Shown here one piece after another: positions 1 to 8,900 of a stretch of DNA of 34,041 bases. Position 1 is the first letter of the stretch. Each line of letters begins with the position of its first letter. The notes beneath the pieces were generated by a model. It was given only the letters and a program-made list of their open reading frames with translations. It was not told where the DNA came from and ran no database searches. The stretch is taken from positions 1-34,041 of IMG/VR virus record IMGVR_UViG_3300017754_001682; one strand, 5' to 3'. The stretch comes from a virus (lineage: Duplodnaviria > Caudoviricetes). Position numbers and translations under genes: made by a program.

Positions 1-333
1 ACGAGCATAGACCTGACCGATACGGATGTGGTCGCCGTCTTCAACCAACACTTTGGTCAACGCGAAGGCCAAGCCATACACGTTGTACACATAGCGTTGC
101 AAGAAGAGCACGCCGCCCTGTTGGTAGCTGACGGGAGTGCCGTCAGGCAACTGGGGAGCCGCGCCAAAACCGTACAAGACGGGTTCTTCGTGGTAGTTGC
201 GGGGAATACCGTCTTGCTCGCGGAAAACGCGAGACCATTCGTCGGTACGTTGGTCATAGACTCCGTCGAAACACTCGTTGAGAATAGGCTCAACGATCGA
301 ACGGAAGTCCGTACTGCGCATTGGTGCTGCCAT
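1..333 (-). CDS. Major capsid protein, N-terminal part (runs off left edge)
   Basis: Missing from the ORF track because it has no stop in the window. ATG at 333 with AAGGAG RBS. My translation is MAAPMRSTDFRSIVEPILNECFDGVYDQRTDEWSRVFREQDGIPRNYHEEPVLYGFGAAPQLPDGTPVSYQQGG...YGLAFALTKVLVEDG, which resembles Mu gpT-like capsid proteins. It lies downstream of portal and scaffold. Confidence 0.85.
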   Translation of the reverse strand, partial: MAAPMRSTDFRSIVEPILNECFDGVYDQRTDEWSRVFREQDGIPRNYHEEPVLYGFGAAPQLPDGTPVSYQQGGVLFLQRYVYNVYGLAFALTKVLVEDGDHIRIGQVYAR

Positions 334-344
334 TTTTTTGCTCC

Positions 345-917
345 TTAGATAGCGTTAATGGTAGCGACGTACTGGCTGCGGCTCACTTGAACCTGAACCA
401 CGGTGTACGCATCACCCCAAGCGTTGTCAACGCCGTTGTACAAACCGATGATACGCATATCACCGACGTTGCCCGAACCGACCAACGAAGTGGAAATCAT
501 GCACTGCGACAAGCCTGTGGTCGTGGAACCAGCAGTAACGCTTGCGAAGTTGGCTTGATCACCAATCGAAGTTTGTGCCAAGCTACCATTTGCCTGAATG
601 TCGTAAACGATATTCGGGTCAGAGTAGTAGTAAGTCACTTCAGAGCCAGTTTGGTATGCAGTATTTGCAATCCACTGGTTGCTGATTTGACGGCGGCCAG
701 AAAGATCGGTGTACTCATGACCGGCGAAGGCACCTTGGTAGGCGTCACCAGCGGCAATGGCCACAATGTTTCCAGACGTGTTAAGAGCCACAGGTTGGCC
801 CTTGAGAATTCCGGTGTTGTAACCGGAAGCGATACCGCCAGCGAGCGCCACAGCGCGATCCAGACCCGATGGGTGGAACGAAGGACGCAGGCCGAACGGA
901 GCAGAGGTTGCACTCAT
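345..917 (-). CDS. Capsid-associated structural protein (decoration/cement-like), 190 aa
   Basis: Strong AAGGAG RBS. Rich in Gly/Ala/Ser/Thr, beta-type composition (APFGLRP...). Immediately upstream of the capsid gene. Function inferred from position. Confidence 0.65.
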   Translation of the reverse strand: MSATSAPFGLRPSFHPSGLDRAVALAGGIASGYNTGILKGQPVALNTSGNIVAIAAGDAYQGAFAGHEYTDLSGRRQISNQWIANTAYQTGSEVTYYYSDPNIVYDIQANGSLAQTSIGDQANFASVTAGSTTTGLSQCMISTSLVGSGNVGDMRIIGLYNGVDNAWGDAYTVVQVQVSRSQYVATINAI

Positions 918-940
918 ATCTAACTCCTTTTGTTAAGTCT

Positions 941-1483
941 TCACCCGTAAAACACGGGAGCTTGGACGTTTCGGTTCAAATTGCCAAAGCCTTCGCCTTC
1001 AACGCTTCCCAGACTTCTGCCTGAGCTATCGCGGTTTCCTTGAAGCTGCTCAACTTGGACTTGGACTTTGTCCGCCTCCTCTTTGGGTGCCTCATGGTGC
1101 ATTTCCGTCATGACCTCCTGATAAACCTCCATTGGAAGCTTGTACAGGCGCATTTCGTTGCACGCGATAAAACCAATATCTTCGCCAGCCTTTACGCGGT
1201 AATTGTCGAATCCGGGTAACTCATCCGCTTTCACGGGAACGTAGCCCAATCGCATCCGCTTATCAATACTGTCGTAGCCGTTGGTGGTCGATAACCAGCA
1301 AAGATGCCATCCCGGAATTTCCGGAACCTTCGGCAGCGCACTTTGTGTCCATTCATCGCTCCACATCTTGCGACGTTCCTGCTTTGAAATGAACTTCTCT
1401 TCGGGAGCAGCTCGTGATAAATCTTGTGAAGATCGGCTTTCACGGCCACCGGCGTTGAGAGTTTTTTTGAGACGAGAATCCAT
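941..1483 (-). CDS. Head-module hypothetical protein, 180 aa
   Basis: AGGAG RBS; tightly packed in the head operon. Confidence 0.75.
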   Translation of the reverse strand: MDSRLKKTLNAGGRESRSSQDLSRAAPEEKFISKQERRKMWSDEWTQSALPKVPEIPGWHLCWLSTTNGYDSIDKRMRLGYVPVKADELPGFDNYRVKAGEDIGFIACNEMRLYKLPMEVYQEVMTEMHHEAPKEEADKVQVQVEQLQGNRDSSGRSLGSVEGEGFGNLNRNVQAPVFYG

Positions 1484-1488
1484 AATGT

Positions 1489-2424
1489 TTAGCTCCTGTT
1501 GTTGCGTGCGTCTTGGGCGTACCGTTTAATCATCTTGTTCCGCTTTTGGGCGTCATCCCAAAAACCAGCGTCTTTCATTGCTCGCACCTGTTCGGGTGCC
1601 AAAACAAATGTATTCCCGCCTGATGGACTAGATGATTCACGGCTTGACCCGGTAACCACGCTTCGAGGGCTCCTTCTGGAGGGCTCGTCACTGGTTCGAG
1701 TATAACGGTGGGGCAATCTCTTTTGCAAGCGATTATCTAGCTCATCCCAATAATCTTGGGAAGCTGGATCCCAGCCCTCGGCAACCAAGCGGTTGTCGAT
1801 GACCTTGGCAATCTGAGTATCTTCGTCCCCGGCGTCCGGGTTGTACCAAGAATTGCGCTCCATCCAGTTATTTGCCAGTCGGACAAGCTTGGGATTTGCT
1901 GGCGCAGTATCCTGAGAGCTAGACTTCGCAGCCTGCTCCTTGTAGCTGTGCATCGCTTCCAGCTTGCGGCGGCTGTCGTACCAGAGCTCTTGGGCCTTGG
2001 TAAATGCCTCACCGTCGGAGTTGTCGGTCGCCTCCTGCATTTTCTTCTGGGCGTACCGCAGACGATATTCCTCGTCTTCCATTGCCTTCTCGTAGCGAGC
2101 AAGATCCGCGCCATGCGTCTTTCGCTCTACGACGGACAGGCGCTCCATGAGCTCCTGATTCTGACGCTGCAACAGGCCAAGGCGTTGATCCTTTTCCTCG
2201 TTGGTGCGCTTGATGTACTCTTTCTTGGCTTTGCGGCGGTTGCGGCGGGCCTCACGTACTGCGTCAGTGTCGTCTGGGTGATCTACATCCCCGTCGTTGT
2301 CCTGATGGCTTTCTGGCTCGTTGTCATCGTCATGCTCGGCAACATGGCCGGGCAGGTCGACAGTAACTGAGCCGTCTTTTTCCTCAACGACGCTGATGTT
2401 CTCTTCTTTGTCTGTTGTGCTCAC
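1489..2424 (-). CDS. Putative capsid scaffolding protein, 311 aa
   Basis: Acidic N-terminus, long charged coiled-coil and short basic C-terminal helix. Lies between portal and capsid. GTG start overlaps the upstream stop. Confidence 0.65.
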   Translation of the reverse strand: MSTTDKEENISVVEEKDGSVTVDLPGHVAEHDDDNEPESHQDNDGDVDHPDDTDAVREARRNRRKAKKEYIKRTNEEKDQRLGLLQRQNQELMERLSVVERKTHGADLARYEKAMEDEEYRLRYAQKKMQEATDNSDGEAFTKAQELWYDSRRKLEAMHSYKEQAAKSSSQDTAPANPKLVRLANNWMERNSWYNPDAGDEDTQIAKVIDNRLVAEGWDPASQDYWDELDNRLQKRLPHRYTRTSDEPSRRSPRSVVTGSSRESSSPSGGNTFVLAPEQVRAMKDAGFWDDAQKRNKMIKRYAQDARNNRS

Positions 2425-2855
2425 AAAAAAGCCCTCATTGCAAGTGGATCACCTGTCAGCTTCGCAATCACCTCGTGATCGTTCAAAACCATGAACAGGG
2501 CCGGATCTTCGCTCTTGTCTTCGCCGGGGACGTGAACCTCCCAACGATCACCACCCCACTTGGGGACGCGAATAAAGTCGCCGACGTTCGCCCAGCTACC
2601 TTCAGGCCATGCAGCCATCGTGTCGCGGTGCTTGTACGCCAGTGGGCCGATCTCAATGACCTTGGCCACCATGTTTTGCCACTTTTCGGTTTCTTTGGTC
2701 TCTTCGACCAAAATAATTCCAGATGCAGTTGTTGCCTTTTTTGTGCGGCGGAGCTGTACCAAAATACGCCCACCAAGAGGTTTTGCACCGGGATCTACGC
2801 TCGGAAATGCCCAAGCCATCTCAGCTTCGTTAGAAGCTACCGGGTTATCGCTCAT
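2421..2855 (-). CDS. groES: GroES/Cpn10-like co-chaperonin
   Basis: KPLGGRILVQ...TASGIILVEET...AKVIEIGP...VGDFI matches the Cpn10 signature (PLxDRVLV, TxSGIIL mobile loop, VxAVGP, VGD). Confidence 0.8.
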   Translation of the reverse strand: MSDNPVASNEAEMAWAFPSVDPGAKPLGGRILVQLRRTKKATTASGIILVEETKETEKWQNMVAKVIEIGPLAYKHRDTMAAWPEGSWANVGDFIRVPKWGGDRWEVHVPGEDKSEDPALFMVLNDHEVIAKLTGDPLAMRAFL

Positions 2856-3030
2856 CTTCGTCTTCTTTCATCAGGTTATTTAGGATGTCGAGGGCTTCTT
2901 GTAAGCCCCCGTTGTGACCTACCAGTCGGATGTAAGACTCCCAGTTAGTCGCATTTCCAGCAACAAGGGACGCAGCTATTTCAGCTTGCCTAGCCTTAAT
3001 TCCGCCGATCAGGTCGGAAATGGTTCTCAT
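2845..3030 (-). CDS. Hypothetical protein, 61 aa
   Basis: Coupled by overlaps to both neighbours; helical composition. Confidence 0.7.
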   Translation of the reverse strand: MRTISDLIGGIKARQAEIAASLVAGNATNWESYIRLVGHNGGLQEALDILNNLMKEDEDER

Positions 3031-3176
3031 TTTTTCTTAGCCTGTGACAGACCTCCTGACTGTTTGGTTGGGGCGGTGCTGCCCTTCATGCTCTGGCCGT
3101 CGAGCTTCTCGCCCATTGCCATGCGCTTGTGCTGAGGCACGTTAATGCCCTTCTGCTCCTGATCACTCGTTGCCAT
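3027..3176 (-). CDS. Small basic hypothetical protein, 49 aa (MATSDQEQKG...)
   Basis: ATG at 3176 with AGGAG RBS. Shorter than the ORF-track call. Confidence 0.65.
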   Translation of the reverse strand: MATSDQEQKGINVPQHKRMAMGEKLDGQSMKGSTAPTKQSGGLSQAKKK

Positions 3177-5715
3177 AGTTAGCTCCTTGGGTTGGTTCAG
3201 CCTTGGTTTGCTCGAAATTGAGCTTTGCCGCATCGCGCGTTAAGCGGGCTGTTTCGATACGTTCTTTCATGTCGCGGTCGCCAGTGGCGATGGCCAGCTT
3301 GAGCTGCATCTCTTCCATCGCGTGCTGCTGATCCTGCTGCAGCTTGGACATGTCCATCTGGATCTTGGCCGCCAGCTCCTTGTCCTTGAGCCCCATCTCT
3401 GCCTCGTCGCGCTTCTGGCGACGTTGGGTCTCGGCCATGCTGGTGTCCATGAGAACCTTGGCGTCGGGCGTGAGCTGAGGCTGGGGCTTGAACTTCTGTA
3501 AGCCTTGAGTAAGCTGCTCGATGACCGGCATGATCCCTTTGAGGGTTTGCTCGGCGTCCATCTCGACGTGCTGCGAGGCCAAGGCGTACAGCTTGTCCAC
3601 AGCCTTGGGATCCTTCTCCAAGTCGTAGTCTGGGAGCTTTTTGCCCATGGCCTTCTGAACGTAGCCGGTCATGCGGGTCAAGTACCAGAGCACGATGTGC
3701 TGCTTGATGTGCTCGACCGCCTTGGGCAGATAGGCTGGGGCGATGATGGGGTTGCCGCCGAAGATCGGGTTCTTTGCGAAGTCCAAGTGGGCCTGAATGT
3801 GGCCAAGGTGGTCTTGCTCGGGGTAGGCGAAGGCGGATTGACCAATGGCCATGGCCACGTTCTCGTTGGCCGCGTCAATCTTGACTGGCGGAGGCGTGTC
3901 GGTCATGATTTCGTTGATGCCGGGCACCTTGATCTGCTTCAGGAAGCGCTGGATCACGACTTTCTTGTTGAACAGCTCTGGGTTGTCCTTCATGATGGCC
4001 ATAACCGCTTGGGTTTGGGCCATTCGCTGGGTCTCAGAGAAGATGTGGGGGTCGGAGACGGGGATAACGTCGGTAACGCGGGCGAAATCCTCGCGCTTGA
4101 TCTCCAGATCCTCCACAACCTCGCCGCGCTGCATGTCGTCGAGATACCAGCGGTTGATTCGGCTCAAAACCTTGAGCACGCGGCCCTGAGACTCGTGCAA
4201 ACGGGCGTGAATGGACGAGAAAACGGCTGCGCCCTGCTCAATCAGCGCCTGAGTGGTGCCGACTGGGGTGTTGCTGTTGACATCAGCGATCTTTTCCTCG
4301 GCGGTGGTCACCACGCCCTTAGCGGCGGAGGTCAGCCAGCCCAAAAGCTCGAAAAGAACCTGCGATGGCGGGTTGAACGGCATGGGCATGGCAATCTTGC
4401 GCACGTCGTCCACGCCCGGAGCGCCTTCGATCTCCACAACCTGGGTGACTTCGATCTCTTGGGACTGGCCAGAGATCTTTCCGCCCTTGAGCTTCAGGAG
4501 CGTCGCGGCGTTGTTGATGTGGGCAGAGTCCAGCAGAGCCCGCAAAGCGCCGGTAAGGGCCGCTGAGAGCCCGCCAATGAGCTGTGGCAGGCCAACTGCG
4601 TAGGCTCCACGCCATGGAATGAACTTGAACTCGATCACCCAGTCCAGTTTGGTGAAACTTTCGTCGCCTTCTTCCCAGTTTCGGTACAGGCCGATCACTT
4701 CGGTGGACAGGTCGTCGATCATCAGGATATACGGGGCCATTTCGCCCTTGGTGACGGGGTCGTCTTCCAGTTCCAGCCATGTGTAGACGTGGTAAACGCG
4801 ACGAACCGCATCCTCGTTGTCGTTCTGGGCCTTGCCCTCGACCTTGTTGGTGGCTTTCTGCGAGCCGGTCATCTCCGGATCCATGGTGGCGCGGGACAGC
4901 ACCGTGTCGCGGTACAGGCCGGAGTTCACGCGGCGCTTGTAATCCCAGTCGGAGATGTCGTCCACCTCGGTGAAACGCTCGGCGGTGTAGAAACTTCCGG
5001 CGGCGTAGGGCAAAAGCACGTTGTCAATCGGCAAGAACTGGGCGCAGGGGCGCTTCTTCTTCTCGTCGTACCAGAGTTTCAGGTACTGCGATCCGCCCAG
5101 AGGGAGCTGGGTCAGCATTTGCTCCTGCTCGTCGCGGAATTCTTCGATCTGCTCGGTGAGCTGCCAATTCATGAAGTCACGTTTGCGCTCGGCAATCGTG
5201 GTTTTCTCCTCGGTCACGTCGCCCAAGATCTTGGTCTTGGTCGGGCCATCTGGCGGGAACATCTCTTTGATGGCGCGGGCGGCGAAGTCAATGCAGGTCT
5301 CGGCCATTACGGGGTGAACCACCTTGGATGCGCCGTTGAAGTTGGCTCCACCGGGGGCGTCGTTGCCCATGCCGGTGCGTTTGATGCCCTCTTCGTATTG
5401 CTTGTCGCGCTGCTTGCGGGACTCCTTGTCCTTCTCGATCAGCTCGATGTAGCGCAGGGCCAGTCCGTCGAGGTCTTGGTCGTGGATCAGGTCGCTGTCG
5501 GACAGGTTCTGGTAGAAGTCTTCGTCTTCCATCGGCCCCTTGGTGTCCATGGTGACCACCACGCTGCCGTCGGGAAGCTCTTCCAGCTCGGCATCGTCCA
5601 TCTCTGGCATCTCGACTTCTTGGGGCTGCTCTTCTGCTCCAGCCTCAGCGTCTTGGGTTGGGTTGCCGCCAATGAAGCGGTTGTACTCTTGGTCAATTGG
5701 AAATTGGGTAGCCAT
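3163..5715 (-). CDS. Portal protein, 850 aa, with C-terminal coiled-coil extension
   Basis: Start set at MATQF (AAGGA RBS). Large ORF after terL with podovirus-portal-like motifs (HPVMAE, DFMNWQL, LPLGGSQYLKLWYD, PVGTTQALIEQG) and a helical C-terminus. Confidence 0.85.
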   Translation of the reverse strand: MATQFPIDQEYNRFIGGNPTQDAEAGAEEQPQEVEMPEMDDAELEELPDGSVVVTMDTKGPMEDEDFYQNLSDSDLIHDQDLDGLALRYIELIEKDKESRKQRDKQYEEGIKRTGMGNDAPGGANFNGASKVVHPVMAETCIDFAARAIKEMFPPDGPTKTKILGDVTEEKTTIAERKRDFMNWQLTEQIEEFRDEQEQMLTQLPLGGSQYLKLWYDEKKKRPCAQFLPIDNVLLPYAAGSFYTAERFTEVDDISDWDYKRRVNSGLYRDTVLSRATMDPEMTGSQKATNKVEGKAQNDNEDAVRRVYHVYTWLELEDDPVTKGEMAPYILMIDDLSTEVIGLYRNWEEGDESFTKLDWVIEFKFIPWRGAYAVGLPQLIGGLSAALTGALRALLDSAHINNAATLLKLKGGKISGQSQEIEVTQVVEIEGAPGVDDVRKIAMPMPFNPPSQVLFELLGWLTSAAKGVVTTAEEKIADVNSNTPVGTTQALIEQGAAVFSSIHARLHESQGRVLKVLSRINRWYLDDMQRGEVVEDLEIKREDFARVTDVIPVSDPHIFSETQRMAQTQAVMAIMKDNPELFNKKVVIQRFLKQIKVPGINEIMTDTPPPVKIDAANENVAMAIGQSAFAYPEQDHLGHIQAHLDFAKNPIFGGNPIIAPAYLPKAVEHIKQHIVLWYLTRMTGYVQKAMGKKLPDYDLEKDPKAVDKLYALASQHVEMDAEQTLKGIMPVIEQLTQGLQKFKPQPQLTPDAKVLMDTSMAETQRRQKRDEAEMGLKDKELAAKIQMDMSKLQQDQQHAMEEMQLKLAIATGDRDMKERIETARLTRDAAKLNFEQTKAEPTQGANYGNE

Positions 5716-5729
5716 GTTGTTTGTCCTTG

Positions 5730-5764
5730 TGCTATGATTTAAGTTCACATTACACGCATGGAGA
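5730..5764 (+). promoter_or_regulatory. Extended -10 promoter and RBS for the small plus-strand gene
   Basis: TG-c-TATGAT at 5730-5738; GGAGA at 5760-5764, 6 nt before ATG 5771. No clear -35. Confidence 0.5.
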
Positions 5765-5770
5765 GCGCAA

Positions 5771-5980
5771 ATGGATAAATATGACCAAGCAATTGAGTTT
5801 CTGAAAGATGTTGATCCGGGTAGCTATTACGACGAGTGCGCGGAATTGATGGAAGAGCTAGTTGCCAAAGTTGAAAGCGCAAAGCCCAAGCGTCAGCGGT
5901 TTTCAGCAGAAGATCAAGCATGGCTGAAGCAAGCAGGCGGTGGCGCTCGGTACTACGCAAAAGCTCGCGGGCTACTATAG
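5771..5980 (+). CDS. Small counter-oriented protein, 69 aa (candidate immunity/antitoxin)
   Basis: Fills the gap between portal and the polyvalent gene. Has its own RBS and promoter. Its stop (5978-5980) directly abuts the stop of the large gene (5981-5983). Confidence 0.7.
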   Translation: MDKYDQAIEFLKDVDPGSYYDECAELMEELVAKVESAKPKRQRFSAEDQAWLKQAGGGARYYAKARGLL

Positions 5981-8900
5981 TCATTTCTTTTCACCTGCCA
6001 TTGAACTGGCGCTGTAGCCAAGTGCGGCAAGTGCGGCGGCGGGCGTTATTCCCCGGCGAATCATCTCTACAGCCTTAGGCCAGTCAGCCTCACTGAAGAA
6101 CCTGCGCGTCTCTTGAATGTCCTTGCGCGTGCCGCCCATCAGGGAATCGCGTAGCGCCTTCTCACGAATGGCGGCCCGAATTGCTTCCGATTCGCTTAGG
6201 TTTTGGGACACCGACGGGTGCATCTCTGAAAATGCCTTGAGCATGTCGCTGGTCGCCTCGCCACTGAACGGGGCGGTAGATAGCGGGCCTTCGGCGCTGC
6301 GCTTGCCAACACCCGGCACATAACCTGTGGTGGTCATGCTTTTTTGCTGCGACGAAGGGTAGATCTCTTGCAAAGCCTTGCTTCCCTTGCGCATTGCCTT
6401 AGATGCCTCGGCTGAGTCGATCGACGGGTCGAATGGGAACGCCACTGCGCCACGATTGGTTGAGGTCACGCCGTAGCCGTACTCGCCCATAACGTCGCTC
6501 ATTTTGGCCAATTGCTCGGACGTAGGCAACACGCCTGCGGTTGGGTCAGCTAACTGATCTGGGTTCATTGCCCGAGTGTCCATGACCATAGAGGTCTTTC
6601 CCTTGACATCGGCCATGGTGTTTGGCAGGTTGTACGCTCCAGCCTCTTGGGCATCTATCAGGGCGCGGAACTGCTCGGCGGTGTCCATCATCTTGCGGGA
6701 TTCGGGAGCCATCAGGCCGCCGCCTCCGGTGGGGTAGTCCATCAGCGGGCGGGCGATTGTCATTGGGTTGGTTTCAACGCCGCCAAGCTTGTTGATGTAT
6801 AGACCGCTGGCCTCACGCGAAGGAAGCTGGCGGTAGCCTGCCGCCCCGTAAATGATGTCTCGGTTGCCTGCACCCACCTCGGGAAGTTCGTTCAACGCCG
6901 CCTCGGGCGCAGGTTGATCCCAGCGTCCACGTTGACCGTAGGCAACCTTTTCTTCAGGCGTCATGTCCAGCGCTTGACGGACGTGGCCAAGGGACGCGCC
7001 GGGGATTGCCTCGTGCGTGGCCGACGCTGCGTGCTTGTACATATAGTCGCGGGCGGTATTGTTGGCGTCTTGAATGGCGGACTTGATGCCTTCCAGCTCG
7101 TCGCCACCGTAGCGACCGCGCTTACCCCGACCATACAGATCCTGAGCCTTGCCGTAGACCCACGGAACCTCTTGGATGTGCGGGCCAGCCCAATCGCTGC
7201 GGCCACCAATGCCTGCAACATTGGCTCGCTCCACCTGCAAAGCGGTTTCGGCGTCCATAACTGGGTGCATTGTTTCGGACACGCCAGCCTTCCACGGCTT
7301 ACCCTGCGGATCGGTGTAGCCCATGCCTTGGGCGCGGCGGAAATCGTTCACGCCAAACAGGCCCGCGTTTGCCACGCGGGGGTCGTTCTTCTCAGCGTAC
7401 TCGCCGATCTTGAAGCCCATCTTGGCTGGTCGATCACCGGCCACAGCGGTGTCGAGCGTCCGCATGGGAGCGCCACGGTAGGCCATGCCCGGCTCACCAG
7501 CCACACGGCTGTTCAAGTGTTTTAAGGCAAAGCCCAGTTCTGACTCAGGGCTGACGCCTGCGGAGTAGACGCCGTGCTGTTCAAGTGTGCGTGGTAACTG
7601 GTAGGGCTCAACGCTCTCGGCGATGCCCTTCTTGGCTCGGTCGTACCATGTTCCCAGCCGCTCGGGGTCTGCAAGGCGGACGGCCTCCACCGAGTCAATA
7701 AAGTCTTGGTCAATAGCTCTGCGCATTGCGCCCAGACCCTGCGGGCTGGTGACGGTGCGGGGGAACCCAGTGTACCCAGATGCTGTTGGCTTAAGGTGCT
7801 CACCAGCTCGGGCAGCCTTGAGTACCGCTTCGTCGCCCAGCTCGGCAGCCATTTTGCGATACACGTCCGGAGCAACCTTCTCGCGCCTGCCTGTTGACTT
7901 TACCGGCTTGGCCTGCGCCTCGGGTTCGGCGGCTGCTGTGCGTGCGGCCTTCTCAACCTTCTTAGCGCGAACAGCCTCTTGCTCCTGCTTTTGGCCAAAC
8001 TTCTCCAACACCGCTCGCTCTTCCGGGGTACGGACTACGATGGGCTTAATGCCTTTGGGAACGTCTTCGGCAAACTGCGCCAGCTTCTTGAGCCCAGACT
8101 TCAGCAGGCCACCACCGGCCATGTGGACTTCGCCGCCGTGGGCCATGCTTTCAGGTGGAATGCCGCCCGGCGGTGTGCCGTACTGTCCGGGCCAAACTTT
8201 GTCTCCAATCGCTTTTATCTCATCAGGAGTGGCCCATGTTGGAACTTCTATACCAGCGGCTTGGATCTTCTTGATCTCGTTCTCATTGAACGCATCAGAG
8301 GTGCGGCGTAGTTTGGTGTTCTGCAGGTCACCAACGTCAGACCATTGGCCGCTCTTGACGAAGTCTTGGACGTAGGGCAGGTACTCTTCTTTGGGTGCGC
8401 GGTTCTGCTTGCCCTTGATCTGCTTGATGCGCTGGGGCGGGTTTTTGTAAATCGCGGCGGCTTCCTCGTCTGAAAGGTCGCCCATCATTCGACCCAGTTC
8501 TGAACCACGCACGGGCTGCACCTCTACCGTAACATGAGGCTCACCCTTGGCGTCACGCAGGCTGTAGATGCGGCTGCGGCCTTCCAGCACGTCAGGGCAG
8601 TAGCCTCCAACGCAGTGGCCCATGGTGTCGCCTTCGTATTTGAGGGCAGCAGCAAGTTCGGGGCTCGCCACTTCGCCAGTTCTGCTATCCACCACGACGG
8701 AGCCGTCCTTTTCCGTTTCGTAATGGTATCCCTCTGGCAGTGGCCTGCTAGGGTCGGCTTTAGGCTGAGTCAGCTCGATCCACTTGTAGCCCTCTGGGTA
8801 CTCCTTGTGGACTGGCATACCCTCGGTGACCTTGGCTTGGGCCTCCGCCATCTTCTTGGCCATGTCCTCGTCATACGCATGGGTGCGGCGTACCGCGTCG

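Noticed and set aside
28-923. Plus-strand ORFs 28..348 and 321..923, and minus ORF 57..293
   Set aside because: Shadows of the capsid gene (1..333, minus) and its upstream gene, which have RBSs and recognisable sequence.
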